A stretch of 64,000 nt of DNA from Candidatus Margulisiibacteriota bacterium (GCA_050250935.1 JBFWNS010000002.1:225673-289672), one strand, 5' to 3'. Counted from the stretch's first letter, positions 29,772-39,735 are shown. Program-made: numbers and translations. Notes: generated by a model from the sequence alone, not told the origin.

Positions 29772-30992
29772 ATGCCAAAGAAAAAAGCCCAGATCGTTAT
29801 TCCAGAATCGCTGAAAAGCACCTCGAATTGTGTGCATTTTCCCACTTGTGGCGGCTGCCAGATGATGGACGTACCCTACCCCAACCAACTGGTGTTTAAA
29901 CAGGCCCAGCTTTCGGATCTTTTCGCCAAAACCTTGCCGGATTTATTGCCCACGTTAAAGCCCATTATTGGGGCCGAGGTCACCCAATTCCACCGCAACA
30001 AAATGGAATTTTCCTTTGGCCAAGGCCGAAAAGAAGGCGACATCATCGACCCTACCCAGCTGGTTTTGGGGCTTAAACAACGGGGCCGTTTTGACGAGGT
30101 TGTGCCCATTTCCGACTGCAAACTTCAAGACCCGCAAACCAATGCGATTTTAGCTTTTACCCAAACCTTTTTCCAAAACCGTGGGCTACCCGGTTGGAGT
30201 GCTTTAAAACGCGGCGGGGTGTTGCGCCAATTGCTGTTGCGCCATGCCAAAGCCAGCGATACCTGGCTGGTGGTGGTGACGGCCAGCGAGTTTCACGAGG
30301 CGATTTTTAACGACTACGCTCGAGAGCTTCAAGCCAAATTTCCCAATGTGGTCAGTGTTTCCCATGCCCTCAACACCGGCCTTGGCGATGGCATTTTGGG
30401 CCTGCACCCCCAAACATTGTTGGCCGGGACGACCCACATTGAAGAACAACTGGGCCCTTACCGCTTTCGCATTTCCCCAGCCTCTTTTTTCCAAACCCAT
30501 TCCAAACAAGCCGAAGTACTCTATGCCACCATTGCCAACGCGGTGACCATCACCCCCAACGATGTGGTGTTCGATTTGTATTGCGGCACCGGCACCATCG
30601 GGCTGTTTGTGGCCGACAAAGCCAAACATGTGTACGGCATCGAAGAAAACCCTGCGGCCATTTTAAACGCCATCGAAAACGCCAAACAAAACGGCATTCA
30701 CAACGTGACCTTCAAAACCGAAAATGTCAAAAATTTCCTCAAATTCACCGATCTTAAACCCGATGTCGTGATTGTAGACCCACCCCGAGACGGCCTGATT
30801 CCCAAAGCCCTGCGGCGTTTGGTGGCCGCCCAACCCCAGCAGTTGGTCTATGTCTCTTGCAACCCCAACACCCTGGTGCGGGATTTGCCCGAGATTTTGG
30901 CCGGGGGCTATCGGGTGTTAAGCATTCAACCCGTGGACATGTTCCCCCACTCCCTACACGTGGAAGTGGTGGTTGGGCTTGCTCGGGTTTAG
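29772..30992 (+). CDS. rlmD: 23S rRNA (uracil-C5)-methyltransferase
   Basis: CVHFPTCGGCQ, RNKMEFSF, SFFQ, DLYCGTGTIG, VDPPRDG, YVSCNP, DMFPHSLHVE. Confidence 0.9.
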   Translation: MPKKKAQIVIPESLKSTSNCVHFPTCGGCQMMDVPYPNQLVFKQAQLSDLFAKTLPDLLPTLKPIIGAEVTQFHRNKMEFSFGQGRKEGDIIDPTQLVLGLKQRGRFDEVVPISDCKLQDPQTNAILAFTQTFFQNRGLPGWSALKRGGVLRQLLLRHAKASDTWLVVVTASEFHEAIFNDYARELQAKFPNVVSVSHALNTGLGDGILGLHPQTLLAGTTHIEEQLGPYRFRISPASFFQTHSKQAEVLYATIANAVTITPNDVVFDLYCGTGTIGLFVADKAKHVYGIEENPAAILNAIENAKQNGIHNVTFKTENVKNFLKFTDLKPDVVIVDPPRDGLIPKALRRLVAAQPQQLVYVSCNPNTLVRDLPEILAGGYRVLSIQPVDMFPHSLHVEVVVGLARV

Positions 30993-31834
30993 TTCAAACT
31001 AACGTCTTGGCCGTTGTTGTCTTTAAAGGTCAATGAGCCATCTTGATGGAACGTAAGGGTTCCGATTTTGACGCCATTGCGGAGCAACGAGCCTGACATG
31101 TATTGGTCTGGAGGCGTACCGCCCTCTAAAATATTGCCTGAATCGTAGGCTATATTGAGCACCGCGGAATAACTTGCATTTGAGTATGTAAATTGCATAT
31201 TCATCGAACCAGAAACCGTTTGACGATTGGAAATAGGATGATAATTTGTATCCATTACAAACGCCCCAGATCCTGATATATCAGCACTAACATTGAGTAT
31301 AAAACTGTTGCTTTTGTAGGTGACGGTTCCAGACAACACTTGATTGTGAAATTGAGAGGCATAAACATGGGTGGTATCGTTTCCGGTCACCATAAAGGTT
31401 TGATCACACAACATGTTCACGCTAACCGTATACAAAGGCAAATCACCAATCTGGGTCATTTCATAAACATCGTGGTTCCAATTCACCTGATTGGGGTCCA
31501 ACACCGATTTTGTCACCGGATCCAAATGCCGCATTTTGCCTGTGAAAACGCCTTGATCGGTCGTCCAAGTATACGGTTCCCAACCATCTGCATCCACGGT
31601 CAGCAATTGGCGTTTTCCTGTGCTGGCACTTTGTACATTTGAACTTGAAGGCGTACTCATCCCCGCCTGTGCAGCAGAGACACCTTGGGCCATTTGTTTA
31701 ACGGCAGCAACATCCTGGGCTGTTATGGCTGAATCAGAGGCCGCCGCCGTTGCTTGACCGCACCCTTGCAAAAACAACACCAAGCACAATCCTACAACAC
31801 CCAACACAGCTGATTTTATTTTAAAAGATGTCAT
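30989..31834 (-). CDS. Hypothetical lipoprotein
   Basis: Signal peptide with lipobox FLQGC; beta-rich body; RBS AAGGAG. Confidence 0.75.
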   Translation of the reverse strand: MTSFKIKSAVLGVVGLCLVLFLQGCGQATAAASDSAITAQDVAAVKQMAQGVSAAQAGMSTPSSSNVQSASTGKRQLLTVDADGWEPYTWTTDQGVFTGKMRHLDPVTKSVLDPNQVNWNHDVYEMTQIGDLPLYTVSVNMLCDQTFMVTGNDTTHVYASQFHNQVLSGTVTYKSNSFILNVSADISGSGAFVMDTNYHPISNRQTVSGSMNMQFTYSNASYSAVLNIAYDSGNILEGGTPPDQYMSGSLLRNGVKIGTLTFHQDGSLTFKDNNGQDVSLN

Positions 31835-31902
31835 CCCTTACTCCTTTTATAGATCCCTTTAATTAAGTTTCGATATAAGCTTCACTATTTCATTAACTAT
31901 CA

Positions 31903-31931
31903 ATTATCGATTTTTAGAAAAATAAATTGCA
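31903..31931 (-). promoter_or_regulatory. Shared promoter-like motif TGCAATT-N14-TCGATAAT
   Basis: Upstream of the lipoprotein gene; exact spacing match. Confidence 0.55.
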
Positions 31932-31961
31932 AAATTTTAAGGATCAATACTTTAAACTAAA

Positions 31962-31990
31962 TGAAATTATTTGAATTTTCAAACGAAAAA
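31962..31990 (+). promoter_or_regulatory. Shared promoter-like motif TGAAATT-N14-ACGAAAAA
   Basis: Upstream of ATG 32024; exact spacing match. Confidence 0.5.
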
Positions 31991-32023
31991 TTTATAGTAA
32001 AGTCAAACACAAAGCAAGAAACC

Positions 32024-33757
32024 ATGAATTTAAAACTCATTTCACATCGCAGCAAGCGTCTTTCAGAGTCTCCAACAGCTTTTTTAGCCCAAAATCCATC
32101 TGTTTTAAGAAACCTGACTGCTGCCAATATTTCGGCCACCCCTTTGGATTTACCCCCATATATGTACGCCCGCGATTCGGCTGTAACGTTACCGGACGGG
32201 TCTTTTTTAGTCCCTTTTCCTTTGGATATTCAACAAGAAACAACCGCATTGACCTATTTAGAGGCCTATCGCGGACTTGCCAATTTTAGTGTGCCTGGCG
32301 TGGTGGAAGGCGGTGCCGGCTGCGGAAAAGGATTCGAACCCCGCCGAGTTGCTGCTATGACAACCGCCTTACAAGCGCATGGCTATGTCGTTCGGCAATC
32401 CTCTGTTTGTATTGAAGGCGGTAATTTTGCCTGGGCCACCAACAAGTTCGGACGAACCTATGCCGTGGTGGGAGAAAACAGTGTGCTGCTCTCCATGCTC
32501 GCCCTTCGACAACAAAACAGACTCCCCAACTGGGACACCCAGGTTTTAAATGCAGAGGTTCCCGAACCGTTTCACCGTATGGCCCGTCATGAGGCGCTTC
32601 TGGAACTGATCCAAACCATCGAAAAACTCATGCGTTTTTTTGAAGCGTTTAAAGCACTTTGTGAACCTGTTTATCCGATTGGGTTATCAGAAACCAGTTT
32701 GAATTTGGGGTTAATGCTTCTGGAAAGACAGGCTCCGGACCGAGCTGCTTTTGGGCGTCATGAAGTGCCTTATTTGTTAAAAATGAGAGACGAAATTAAA
32801 GCCACCTATCTTTATTTGTTATCTTTCAAAGAAGATACCGATTTTTACCGCAACATGCGCATTGCGATTAAAAACCTTTACGACGAACACACAGATTTGA
32901 AAACTTTTTTAGAGCTTCCCTCCAAAAGTGATCTTCAGAAAAACGCAACCCACCCCCATCACAGCCTTCACGCCAACCTAACCCTTGCCCGAAACTATCC
33001 AGACCTGTATATCGCCCAAGAACAACGTGCCGCCCGACTTTATGCCGACTACCAATTCACCAAAGACAAAATGGCCCAAGAACTTGGGGCCCCCGTTTTA
33101 GATGTCCCTCAAATTTATTATCACCTTGATTTATACCTGGCACCCCGCCAAGCCGGCACCATCACCCTCAATTCCACCCACGATACCCTGGTGTTTGTAG
33201 AGAACCTGATTTTAAAACGTATCCAAGGCAATCGACATGCCGAACTAGCTGAGCTTGCCCCCTATCACCATCACCTTCAGAAACTGCATTTACACCACCA
33301 AACCGCTGAACGTGCTGTTCGCAATATCCTGGAAACCGCAGGCTTTGACGTGATCAGCACCCCCGGTATTTTGCCAATTCCTGGTAACGAAACGGTTCAT
33401 ATTAATCTTCAAAACAGCGTCACCACCCTCGAAGAAAAACCCGACGGCCGCAGGGTGCTGGTTTGGTGCACCCAACACCCCGGCACCCGAGACTTTCAAG
33501 CCTATTTTGAAACCGTCACCCGAACGCGCTTGACCCAAAGCGGGTTCCCCTACCCTGTTGAGTTCCGCTATCTGGACGCCCAAACCTCGGCCAGCCTGCG
33601 CGACAACAACGCCGGAGTCCACTGTGAAACCGCCGATGACCCCAATCCGCCTTCACCCCAACCACCAGCACCCAAGCGCAGGGCTTTGAATTTATCCCTC
33701 CGCCAGCCCACCTTGCTTGAGCTTCCCCAAACACAAAAAAAAGTGACAGGATGCTAA
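32024..33757 (+). CDS. Pentein-fold protein, paralog 3, with Pro/basic C-terminal tail
   Basis: YARD, IEGGN, YHLDL, NLQNS, AGVHCET; tail PPSPQPPAPKRRAL; start set at MNLKL. Confidence 0.7.
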   Translation: MNLKLISHRSKRLSESPTAFLAQNPSVLRNLTAANISATPLDLPPYMYARDSAVTLPDGSFLVPFPLDIQQETTALTYLEAYRGLANFSVPGVVEGGAGCGKGFEPRRVAAMTTALQAHGYVVRQSSVCIEGGNFAWATNKFGRTYAVVGENSVLLSMLALRQQNRLPNWDTQVLNAEVPEPFHRMARHEALLELIQTIEKLMRFFEAFKALCEPVYPIGLSETSLNLGLMLLERQAPDRAAFGRHEVPYLLKMRDEIKATYLYLLSFKEDTDFYRNMRIAIKNLYDEHTDLKTFLELPSKSDLQKNATHPHHSLHANLTLARNYPDLYIAQEQRAARLYADYQFTKDKMAQELGAPVLDVPQIYYHLDLYLAPRQAGTITLNSTHDTLVFVENLILKRIQGNRHAELAELAPYHHHLQKLHLHHQTAERAVRNILETAGFDVISTPGILPIPGNETVHINLQNSVTTLEEKPDGRRVLVWCTQHPGTRDFQAYFETVTRTRLTQSGFPYPVEFRYLDAQTSASLRDNNAGVHCETADDPNPPSPQPPAPKRRALNLSLRQPTLLELPQTQKKVTGC

Positions 33758-33872
33758 GAGAAATATTTTTGATGACTTAACAAGCGTTTTATCAAATCAA
33801 GCTCAAAAGTTCCTGGAGACAGCTTCTGGTCTTGCGGGTGAACTCCCACGCAGATATACTTAAAAAAGCAAT

Positions 33873-34252
33873 GGGGGTGTAAAGGTTTCGACGGGATTGA
33901 TCTTTCACTTCAGGCGCGCGTCGAGGAGCTGCCCGGCCTCGTAAAAAGGCAGAAAACAATATCTGGCAAAGTACATACTTTCCCAGGCGCGGCCGTTTAC
34001 GGTCACGCTTCAGCCCAAGCCGCTTAATTAAGTAACTTGGCCCGGCCTGTGGCGTTGGCCCGCAGGATTCGGACAACAGTCAACTCGCCGCTGTTGGGAT
34101 GATCTGACAACAGCCGGTTAAATCACCAGATCTCGCCTGGTTTGATCCTGTTTTTGGGAGCTTACCAAGTTAAATTAAATCAAAAACTACACGCGTAGGG
34201 CCTGTTGCGGCAGCAGTTTCGGACACCGGTTCAACTCCGGTCACCTCCACCA
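33873..34252 (+). ncRNA. ssrA: tmRNA; tag reading frame 33965-34027 (GKVHTFPGAAVYGHASAQAA*)
   Basis: 5' GGGGGTGTAAAGGTTTCGAC, 3' GACACCGGTTCAACTCCGGTCACCTCCACCA, G3-U wobble in the acceptor stem, tag ending AA-stop. Confidence 0.95.
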
Positions 34253-35815
34253 TAATTCGTTTTGGGCGAATTCTTCGTTTAGTTTTGCCTGTTTTAGCCT
34301 CGGATTCTTGGCGAAAACAGGTTCTAATTTGGATATAATTGATTTGGCTTCTGGGGCCATAGCTTTTATGAGGCTTAAGGGCTCGTTGAGCTCAACACGC
34401 AAGGTTCTTTCCGCTAAAAAGAGGTTCGAACCTAGGGCTTGAAGGATTCGGCGTTTTTCTTCGTGGGTGCCGATTTCAAATCGGGTTTTGGCTGTTTTGG
34501 CGAAGATGAATAACTCCTCTGCTCTTGTGATCCAGGTATCAATTCTGGTTTGGGTGTCTTCAAGGATTTCTTTTAATCTACATTTTTCTTCCATTAACTC
34601 GTTTTTGCGCTTGATGTAGTCGTCTGCATCGAGTTCGTTATTTAGCCTCATGGATAATAGAGTTTCTAGCTTTCGGTTGCAGAGGCTGAGATTGTCTTGA
34701 TGAACTTGGATAATATCGTGATTGTTGGTTTCCTCTTTTAGCTTATCTTCTTTAAGCGTTTTGATGGCCCATTGATGGAAGTCATCGGGGATGTGGATGC
34801 TTTCCAGGATGTCGGCCATTTGGGCTTCTAAAACTTCTTCCCGGATTGTTTTTTGCGTGCACGTGGGATGCATTTGTTTGGTGCAGTGGTAATAGGTGTA
34901 ATGGTGAATGTTTCCGTTTTTCTGGTTTTTGGTCTTTTTCTCGGCTGTAATCGCGGCTCCACATTCTCCACAACGCATTAGCCCAGTGTAGGAAAAGGTG
35001 CGGTGATGGGGTCTGGATTTAAGCTTTCCAGAGATAATGTCTTGGGCTAAATCAAATTCTTGTTTAGTGAGCATGGGCTCGTGTTTGCCTTCGTATAGTT
35101 CGTCGTTCCATAAGAAGTGGCCGTAATAGAATGGGTTTTTGAAGAGGGCGTAGAATTGGCTTTCGACGATCTTTTTTCCGTTGGGCATTCGGAGGCCCAT
35201 GTCGGTTGCGATGGTGCGGAGTTGTTCGACAGTTACTTTTTTATCGATGAGGATTTGCCAGCATTTTTTTAGGATTAGGAATCGAAGTGGGTCGGGATAA
35301 ATTGGGGGCTTATCTGTATCGTGATATTTGTTGTTGAGGTAACCGAGTGGCGGTTTGTGGGGAAGCCAGCCTTCGGCGAGTTTTTGGCGTTGTCCGCGTT
35401 TAATGTTGAGGCTTAGGTCGATGATGTATTGGTTGGCCATACCGAATTCTAAGTTCATCATGAGGACGTTATCGGTTGGGTAATAGCTGCGTTGGTAGGT
35501 TTGGATGTGTTGGATGATGCCTTGTTGGAGCATCCAGGAGATGCTGCCGCCGTCTATTGGGTTTCGGGCGAGACGGTCTAGTTTCCAGCAGAGGATTCCG
35601 TTGGCTTCGCCGTTGTGGATTCGGCCTAGCATTTCGGCGAAGATGGGTCGGCCCGGGGCTTTGGCGGATTTTTCTTCGATAAAGATATCTGCGATTTGTA
35701 GGTTGTTGAGTTTGGCTAGTTTTTTGAGTTCTTCGATTTGGGCAGGAATGGAGGCTACTTGGCGGTCTTCGCCTTCGGAGGATTTGCGGGTGTAGAGGAA
35801 GTAATGAATAGTCAT
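34241..35815 (-). CDS. Large serine recombinase (resolvase + recombinase + zinc ribbon + coiled coil)
   Basis: YTRKSS catalytic Ser, WKLDRLARN, CGECG/YYHC; stop codon lies inside the tmRNA 3' end. Confidence 0.93.
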   Translation of the reverse strand: MTIHYFLYTRKSSEGEDRQVASIPAQIEELKKLAKLNNLQIADIFIEEKSAKAPGRPIFAEMLGRIHNGEANGILCWKLDRLARNPIDGGSISWMLQQGIIQHIQTYQRSYYPTDNVLMMNLEFGMANQYIIDLSLNIKRGQRQKLAEGWLPHKPPLGYLNNKYHDTDKPPIYPDPLRFLILKKCWQILIDKKVTVEQLRTIATDMGLRMPNGKKIVESQFYALFKNPFYYGHFLWNDELYEGKHEPMLTKQEFDLAQDIISGKLKSRPHHRTFSYTGLMRCGECGAAITAEKKTKNQKNGNIHHYTYYHCTKQMHPTCTQKTIREEVLEAQMADILESIHIPDDFHQWAIKTLKEDKLKEETNNHDIIQVHQDNLSLCNRKLETLLSMRLNNELDADDYIKRKNELMEEKCRLKEILEDTQTRIDTWITRAEELFIFAKTAKTRFEIGTHEEKRRILQALGSNLFLAERTLRVELNEPLSLIKAMAPEAKSIISKLEPVFAKNPRLKQAKLNEEFAQNELWWR

Positions 35816-36522
35816 AGCTTTATACCTTTTATCCAGCGTTTTGCAATTGGTATTACTTGTTTAAGTTTAAGTAATTCGGACCGTCGGTATAGTCTGTAAT
35901 TATTCCCTGGCTTGCGAACTGCAGTTAATATCCCGTCTTTGTCCCAATTTCTCAAAGTTTGTTTTGTTACTCCAAGCAGTTCAGAGGCTTCTTTAATTGT
36001 TAAACATTCGTTTAGAAATTCCCCATCAACTTTATACGCTAATATCCGGCCATTTTTTTCATGATAGCCTAAGGCTGTTCGCTCATCCCATTTTCTAATA
36101 AGGGTTTCAGGAATTTTGTCATACAAGTTTCTCCAAATTTTTTGGAGTGGCATAAATGTGTCTTGTCCAATTTCATTCGCGCCGTGAACACTTGGGAACC
36201 TTTGCTCACAGAATCTATCCAAAACCTTAATAAATTCAGAGTCGCCATCCACTAAGCTTATTTCTGCATCACTGCATAGCTGGACAAGATTATGTGTTTT
36301 GATACAGCGTTTTTTTGATTCTAAAGCAATAGCTTTTAGCAGCAATTCGATAGCAAGATGCCCAAGGTAGATAGCCGAATCTAAATAAGAAAATTTATAC
36401 TCTTCGCTTACTCGATTTACTAAACAGATAGAACTTGCATAATGATCCTTTGCGAAATGCAAAAACTCTAACGCTTCGTATCCTTCTTCATTTTTTAAAT
36501 AGGTTATTTTATTTTTACTCAT
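35812..36522 (-). CDS. HEPN-domain protein fused to a C-terminal MerR-type HTH
   Basis: HLAIELLLKAI...THNL (HEPN-like) plus LTIKEASELLGVTKQTLRNWDK...NNYRLY. Confidence 0.72.
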   Translation of the reverse strand: MSKNKITYLKNEEGYEALEFLHFAKDHYASSICLVNRVSEEYKFSYLDSAIYLGHLAIELLLKAIALESKKRCIKTHNLVQLCSDAEISLVDGDSEFIKVLDRFCEQRFPSVHGANEIGQDTFMPLQKIWRNLYDKIPETLIRKWDERTALGYHEKNGRILAYKVDGEFLNECLTIKEASELLGVTKQTLRNWDKDGILTAVRKPGNNYRLYRRSELLKLKQVIPIAKRWIKGIKL

Positions 36523-36552
36523 ATCGCATAAGATTATAAAATTTTATAATGT

Positions 36553-37444
36553 TTAGATGTTAGTTCTAGATTGAATTTCCTTCAAGAGTGCCGCAGTAGA
36601 AACAGATTTTAAGCTTTCAACTTGTTCTTCTGTTTTCTGGAAGTTCATCTTGGATACAATTTCATTTACTCGACTGACATCTAGGTAGCCATAAGAAAAC
36701 AAAGTTTTGCTCTGAACATTGTGTGACCTTGGTTCTTGGAAATAAAGGAGCCGTATCGTCAAATAGCTTGGTAGTTCTTAGCATTTCCTGCCATTCCAAA
36801 ATGTAGCCAAGCAAGGTCTCATCGAACCTAAACAGAGTGGTCATAATCTGCTTCGAAAATTTGGTTTTCACGCCATCTTTTGGGGACTGAAAAACCTCAA
36901 GTGTATGGGGATTAAAACATTTTAATGGGAGACTAAGAATAGCAAATACTCGCATCCCACTAAGAAAATGGAAGGCAATCAAAGCCCGGTCGCGGAGATC
37001 AACTTCGGTCTTGATCTCGATTGAGGCGCAAAGCTTTTTCACATAAAAAACTGTGGGGTATTTAACTGGTCGAATACTTTTGGCAATGCGAGATTGTTGT
37101 TTATCCAAGCTAAGAAGCTGAACATCAAAGACGCTCACCCTCGACTTGTATCCGGGCTGGCCAGAAAGCCAAAGAAAAAAGGATTTTACATGCCTGAGGT
37201 AGTGATACTGGCTGACTAGAGATAAAGCCTTACCTTGGTGGGTTTGTCTCGATAACCAAGACTTAAATTCTTTGGCCTGCTTTTGATTAAATGCTGCATA
37301 GTCGGCTTCTTTAGAAAACGCCTCAAATTTCCACAACGACTTTTCTACTTCATAAATGGTTTTATCCGAATAGCCTTGGGCCTCTTTTAGCCATTGAAGA
37401 TGCCGCCGCTTTATTTTTTCATTTTTGGCTTTGAATTTGGTCAT
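36553..37444 (-). pseudogene. Tyrosine recombinase with internal deletion/frameshift
   Basis: RDRALIAF..LSGMR and KTK are present but HxxR is missing; the TLFSYGYL C-terminal piece is in another frame (36553-36762). Confidence 0.65.
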
Positions 37445-37772
37445 TTTTTGCACTCCATCATGATGGGGCTTAGTGTCAGTCCATACGAGAGGATTGCAGG
37501 TCTGGAATAATAGTCTGTTACGAATCGTAAACACGATAGCTGTGAAGCATTCCATCGACGATTTAATCTCTGTTTTTTTGTCTCAATCTTTATCATTGTT
37601 TTATCCTCCGAAAACGAAATGGAGTGGCATTCGAGCGCGCCACTTTTTGACCCCTCCAAGCTCAAAAATCATCAAAAAAAACGAAACGAAATGAATTTTT
37701 TTGTGCACCCAAACATTGTTTTTCGCGGTCCCGTATAACCCGCAACCCATACCCCCTGCGGAAGGACCCGTG

Positions 37773-38213
37773 CTAGTTGGAGAGTGCCATTTGAGTTTGG
37801 GATTTCTCATGGATTGGCTCCCCTTTTAAAAGTGTGATGCTGCTAAGGCGAAAGACATTTCTGTGGCACAGTGGGCATGCCCCGGTCCTTACTACAGATT
37901 CTTTATTGCCACCCAATGTCTTGTGATTGGAGTATGTGGTTTGATTCATTGGAACAACCGCTTTGCGACATCCAAGGCAATAACACTCATCTGGACCCAA
38001 AGTTACCCTACGTTGCAGTTCTTTCTGTCTGATATACGCCTTTGCATCCTTGCCTAGAATTAGGAAGGGATTGCAGGTACCTTCGATAATAGGCAAGCCA
38101 TTTCGGTACCAATCTTGGACCGTTCGGATGTGCACACCTAAAGCATTGGCTAATTCTTTTGGGGAATAGGACCGTTTATCTCGGATGGCTTGGAGTCGAA
38201 GGTTCTTTGGCAT
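37773..38213 (-). CDS. HTH DNA-binding protein with C-terminal zinc finger
   Basis: YSPKELANALGVHIRTVQDW; CLGC...CPLC. Confidence 0.75.
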   Translation of the reverse strand: MPKNLRLQAIRDKRSYSPKELANALGVHIRTVQDWYRNGLPIIEGTCNPFLILGKDAKAYIRQKELQRRVTLGPDECYCLGCRKAVVPMNQTTYSNHKTLGGNKESVVRTGACPLCHRNVFRLSSITLLKGEPIHEKSQTQMALSN

Positions 38214-38367
38214 AATCAGGTTTCATTTTCATAGTGGGTTCTAAGACAGCTTTGTAGAGTCGGAGCAAGCTGGTGGCTTTTTCAAATGCTTCTTTATCGG
38301 ACAACGTTATTCCGTAATGTTGTTGATACAGTTGCTTGAATTCAGCAATGGCTTGCTGGGACGGCAT
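38176..38367 (-). CDS. Small hypothetical protein of integrated elements
   Basis: SQQAIAEFKQLYQQHYGITLSDKEA helical pattern; in series with neighbours. Confidence 0.6.
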   Translation of the reverse strand: MPSQQAIAEFKQLYQQHYGITLSDKEAFEKATSLLRLYKAVLEPTMKMKPDYAKEPSTPSHPR

Positions 38368-38370
38368 GGT

Positions 38371-38628
38371 TTATCTGGCAGAGTCGCTGTAGAGGCGGCT
38401 TTTTATGAATTTTAGGCTGTCGAATATAGTGTGGGGATTGAGGAGTAGGTCTTGCTTCCAGTAGGCGGTGACGTCGGATTCTAGTTTCTGGGATCGTTGG
38501 AATAGGAATTGGGAGCGGTTACCTTCGGTTTTTTGGATTTTTTCGAGGGGATGGCCTAGGGCGACTATACAGGCGGTGAGGTTGAGATCGAATGTTGAAA
38601 AACAATCGGTTTGGGTGTTCATATGCAT
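38371..38628 (-). CDS. DUF5659-like small protein
   Basis: STFDLNLTACIVALG...FLF...YW...KFIKSRLY pattern; RBS AAGGAG. Confidence 0.6.
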   Translation of the reverse strand: MHMNTQTDCFSTFDLNLTACIVALGHPLEKIQKTEGNRSQFLFQRSQKLESDVTAYWKQDLLLNPHTIFDSLKFIKSRLYSDSAR

Positions 38629-38754
38629 TCTCCTTTTTCATTTGCCGAATACGGCTATGAAATGATTAAAGGAGATTTTGAGCAGTTTGCAGTGCCCAGA
38701 AGATTAGGAATTTAGGCAGGAATTTTTTCTACAATCTCGGACATTTCAGACATT

Positions 38755-39735
38755 TTATATCCGAAAAAGTTGATAGTACCCTCGGTTATCATGGAGAAAA
38801 AGTTGCTTGAATAATGGATGTTGAACTGTTTTCTTATTTTCTGTTCTCCTAAAAATTTCTCGAAGTTTGGGACGATGGGAACCAATGGCTTCTGTAATTT
38901 CAGTTTGCGGAATCCATTGCTTACCTAGCTTGTACTCTTGAACCATGTAAGCCAGTGCTTTAGTTTGATTTGGGCTAAAAACTTCAGATAATTGGCTTCC
39001 ATCTGAATAAAATACCTGGATATTTTTAAACTGATTATCAAAGGTGTAAGACTGAATATTTCGTGCCTTTAGAGGTTCAGTGGTTTTAGCATTTTGGAGC
39101 CCAAGTTTTTCTAAAGTCTGTCTCTTTTTTATGATTGTTTGTCGTCTTGCTTCAATTTTTTGGATAAGTTTGGGATTCCAGTCTTCTTCAAATGTTCGAA
39201 TAACACGATTAGATTTTTCGATCACTGAATTCAGTTGGTAAAGTGTTGACTCAATCTGATCGATTTCGTGGTCCGAAAAAAGTAGCATAATAACGTTTTG
39301 GCTACATGAATGACTTGTAAAACCTGTTCCAGCCCAATTGATTTTTGGATCATATTTTCTTGCATCTTCAACGTTATGAACCTCTGCCAAAATTTTGGGT
39401 ATGTTGTGGATAAACTTATTGGGGCAGTAGAACAGCGTAGACATTGTACCAATTAGAGGAATATGAATATCTGTCATGCTATTGTCGTCATAATCTATGA
39501 ATGAGGTGTATACCGGTTTCAAAAGCTCGATTGTTGTCAATTCAACGGTCTTTATTGCTCGAAGCACTTCATCGCTTTGCTTCTCAACTATATACTCGTC
39601 TGGCAGTCGATTAAGTTCTCGCCCTTCATAGCATTCGTATGCGGATTCTAGCCATTCTTCTAAGGATTTTGCAGATCTTGAAAAGGTCTCAATAAATAGA
39701 GGGATTTTACGACCAAAGGTGCGGTGATCTTTCAT
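38755..39735 (-). CDS. Hypothetical protein, possible C-terminal winged helix
   Basis: Coiled coil then FSPNQTKAL...EITEAIGS...RGYYQL. Confidence 0.65.
   Translation of the reverse strand: MKDHRTFGRKIPLFIETFSRSAKSLEEWLESAYECYEGRELNRLPDEYIVEKQSDEVLRAIKTVELTTIELLKPVYTSFIDYDDNSMTDIHIPLIGTMSTLFYCPNKFIHNIPKILAEVHNVEDARKYDPKINWAGTGFTSHSCSQNVIMLLFSDHEIDQIESTLYQLNSVIEKSNRVIRTFEEDWNPKLIQKIEARRQTIIKKRQTLEKLGLQNAKTTEPLKARNIQSYTFDNQFKNIQVFYSDGSQLSEVFSPNQTKALAYMVQEYKLGKQWIPQTEITEAIGSHRPKLREIFRRTENKKTVQHPLFKQLFLHDNRGYYQLFRI

Noticed and set aside
33792..34076. 94 aa minus-strand ORF in the track
   Set aside because: Antisense to tmRNA; no protein features.
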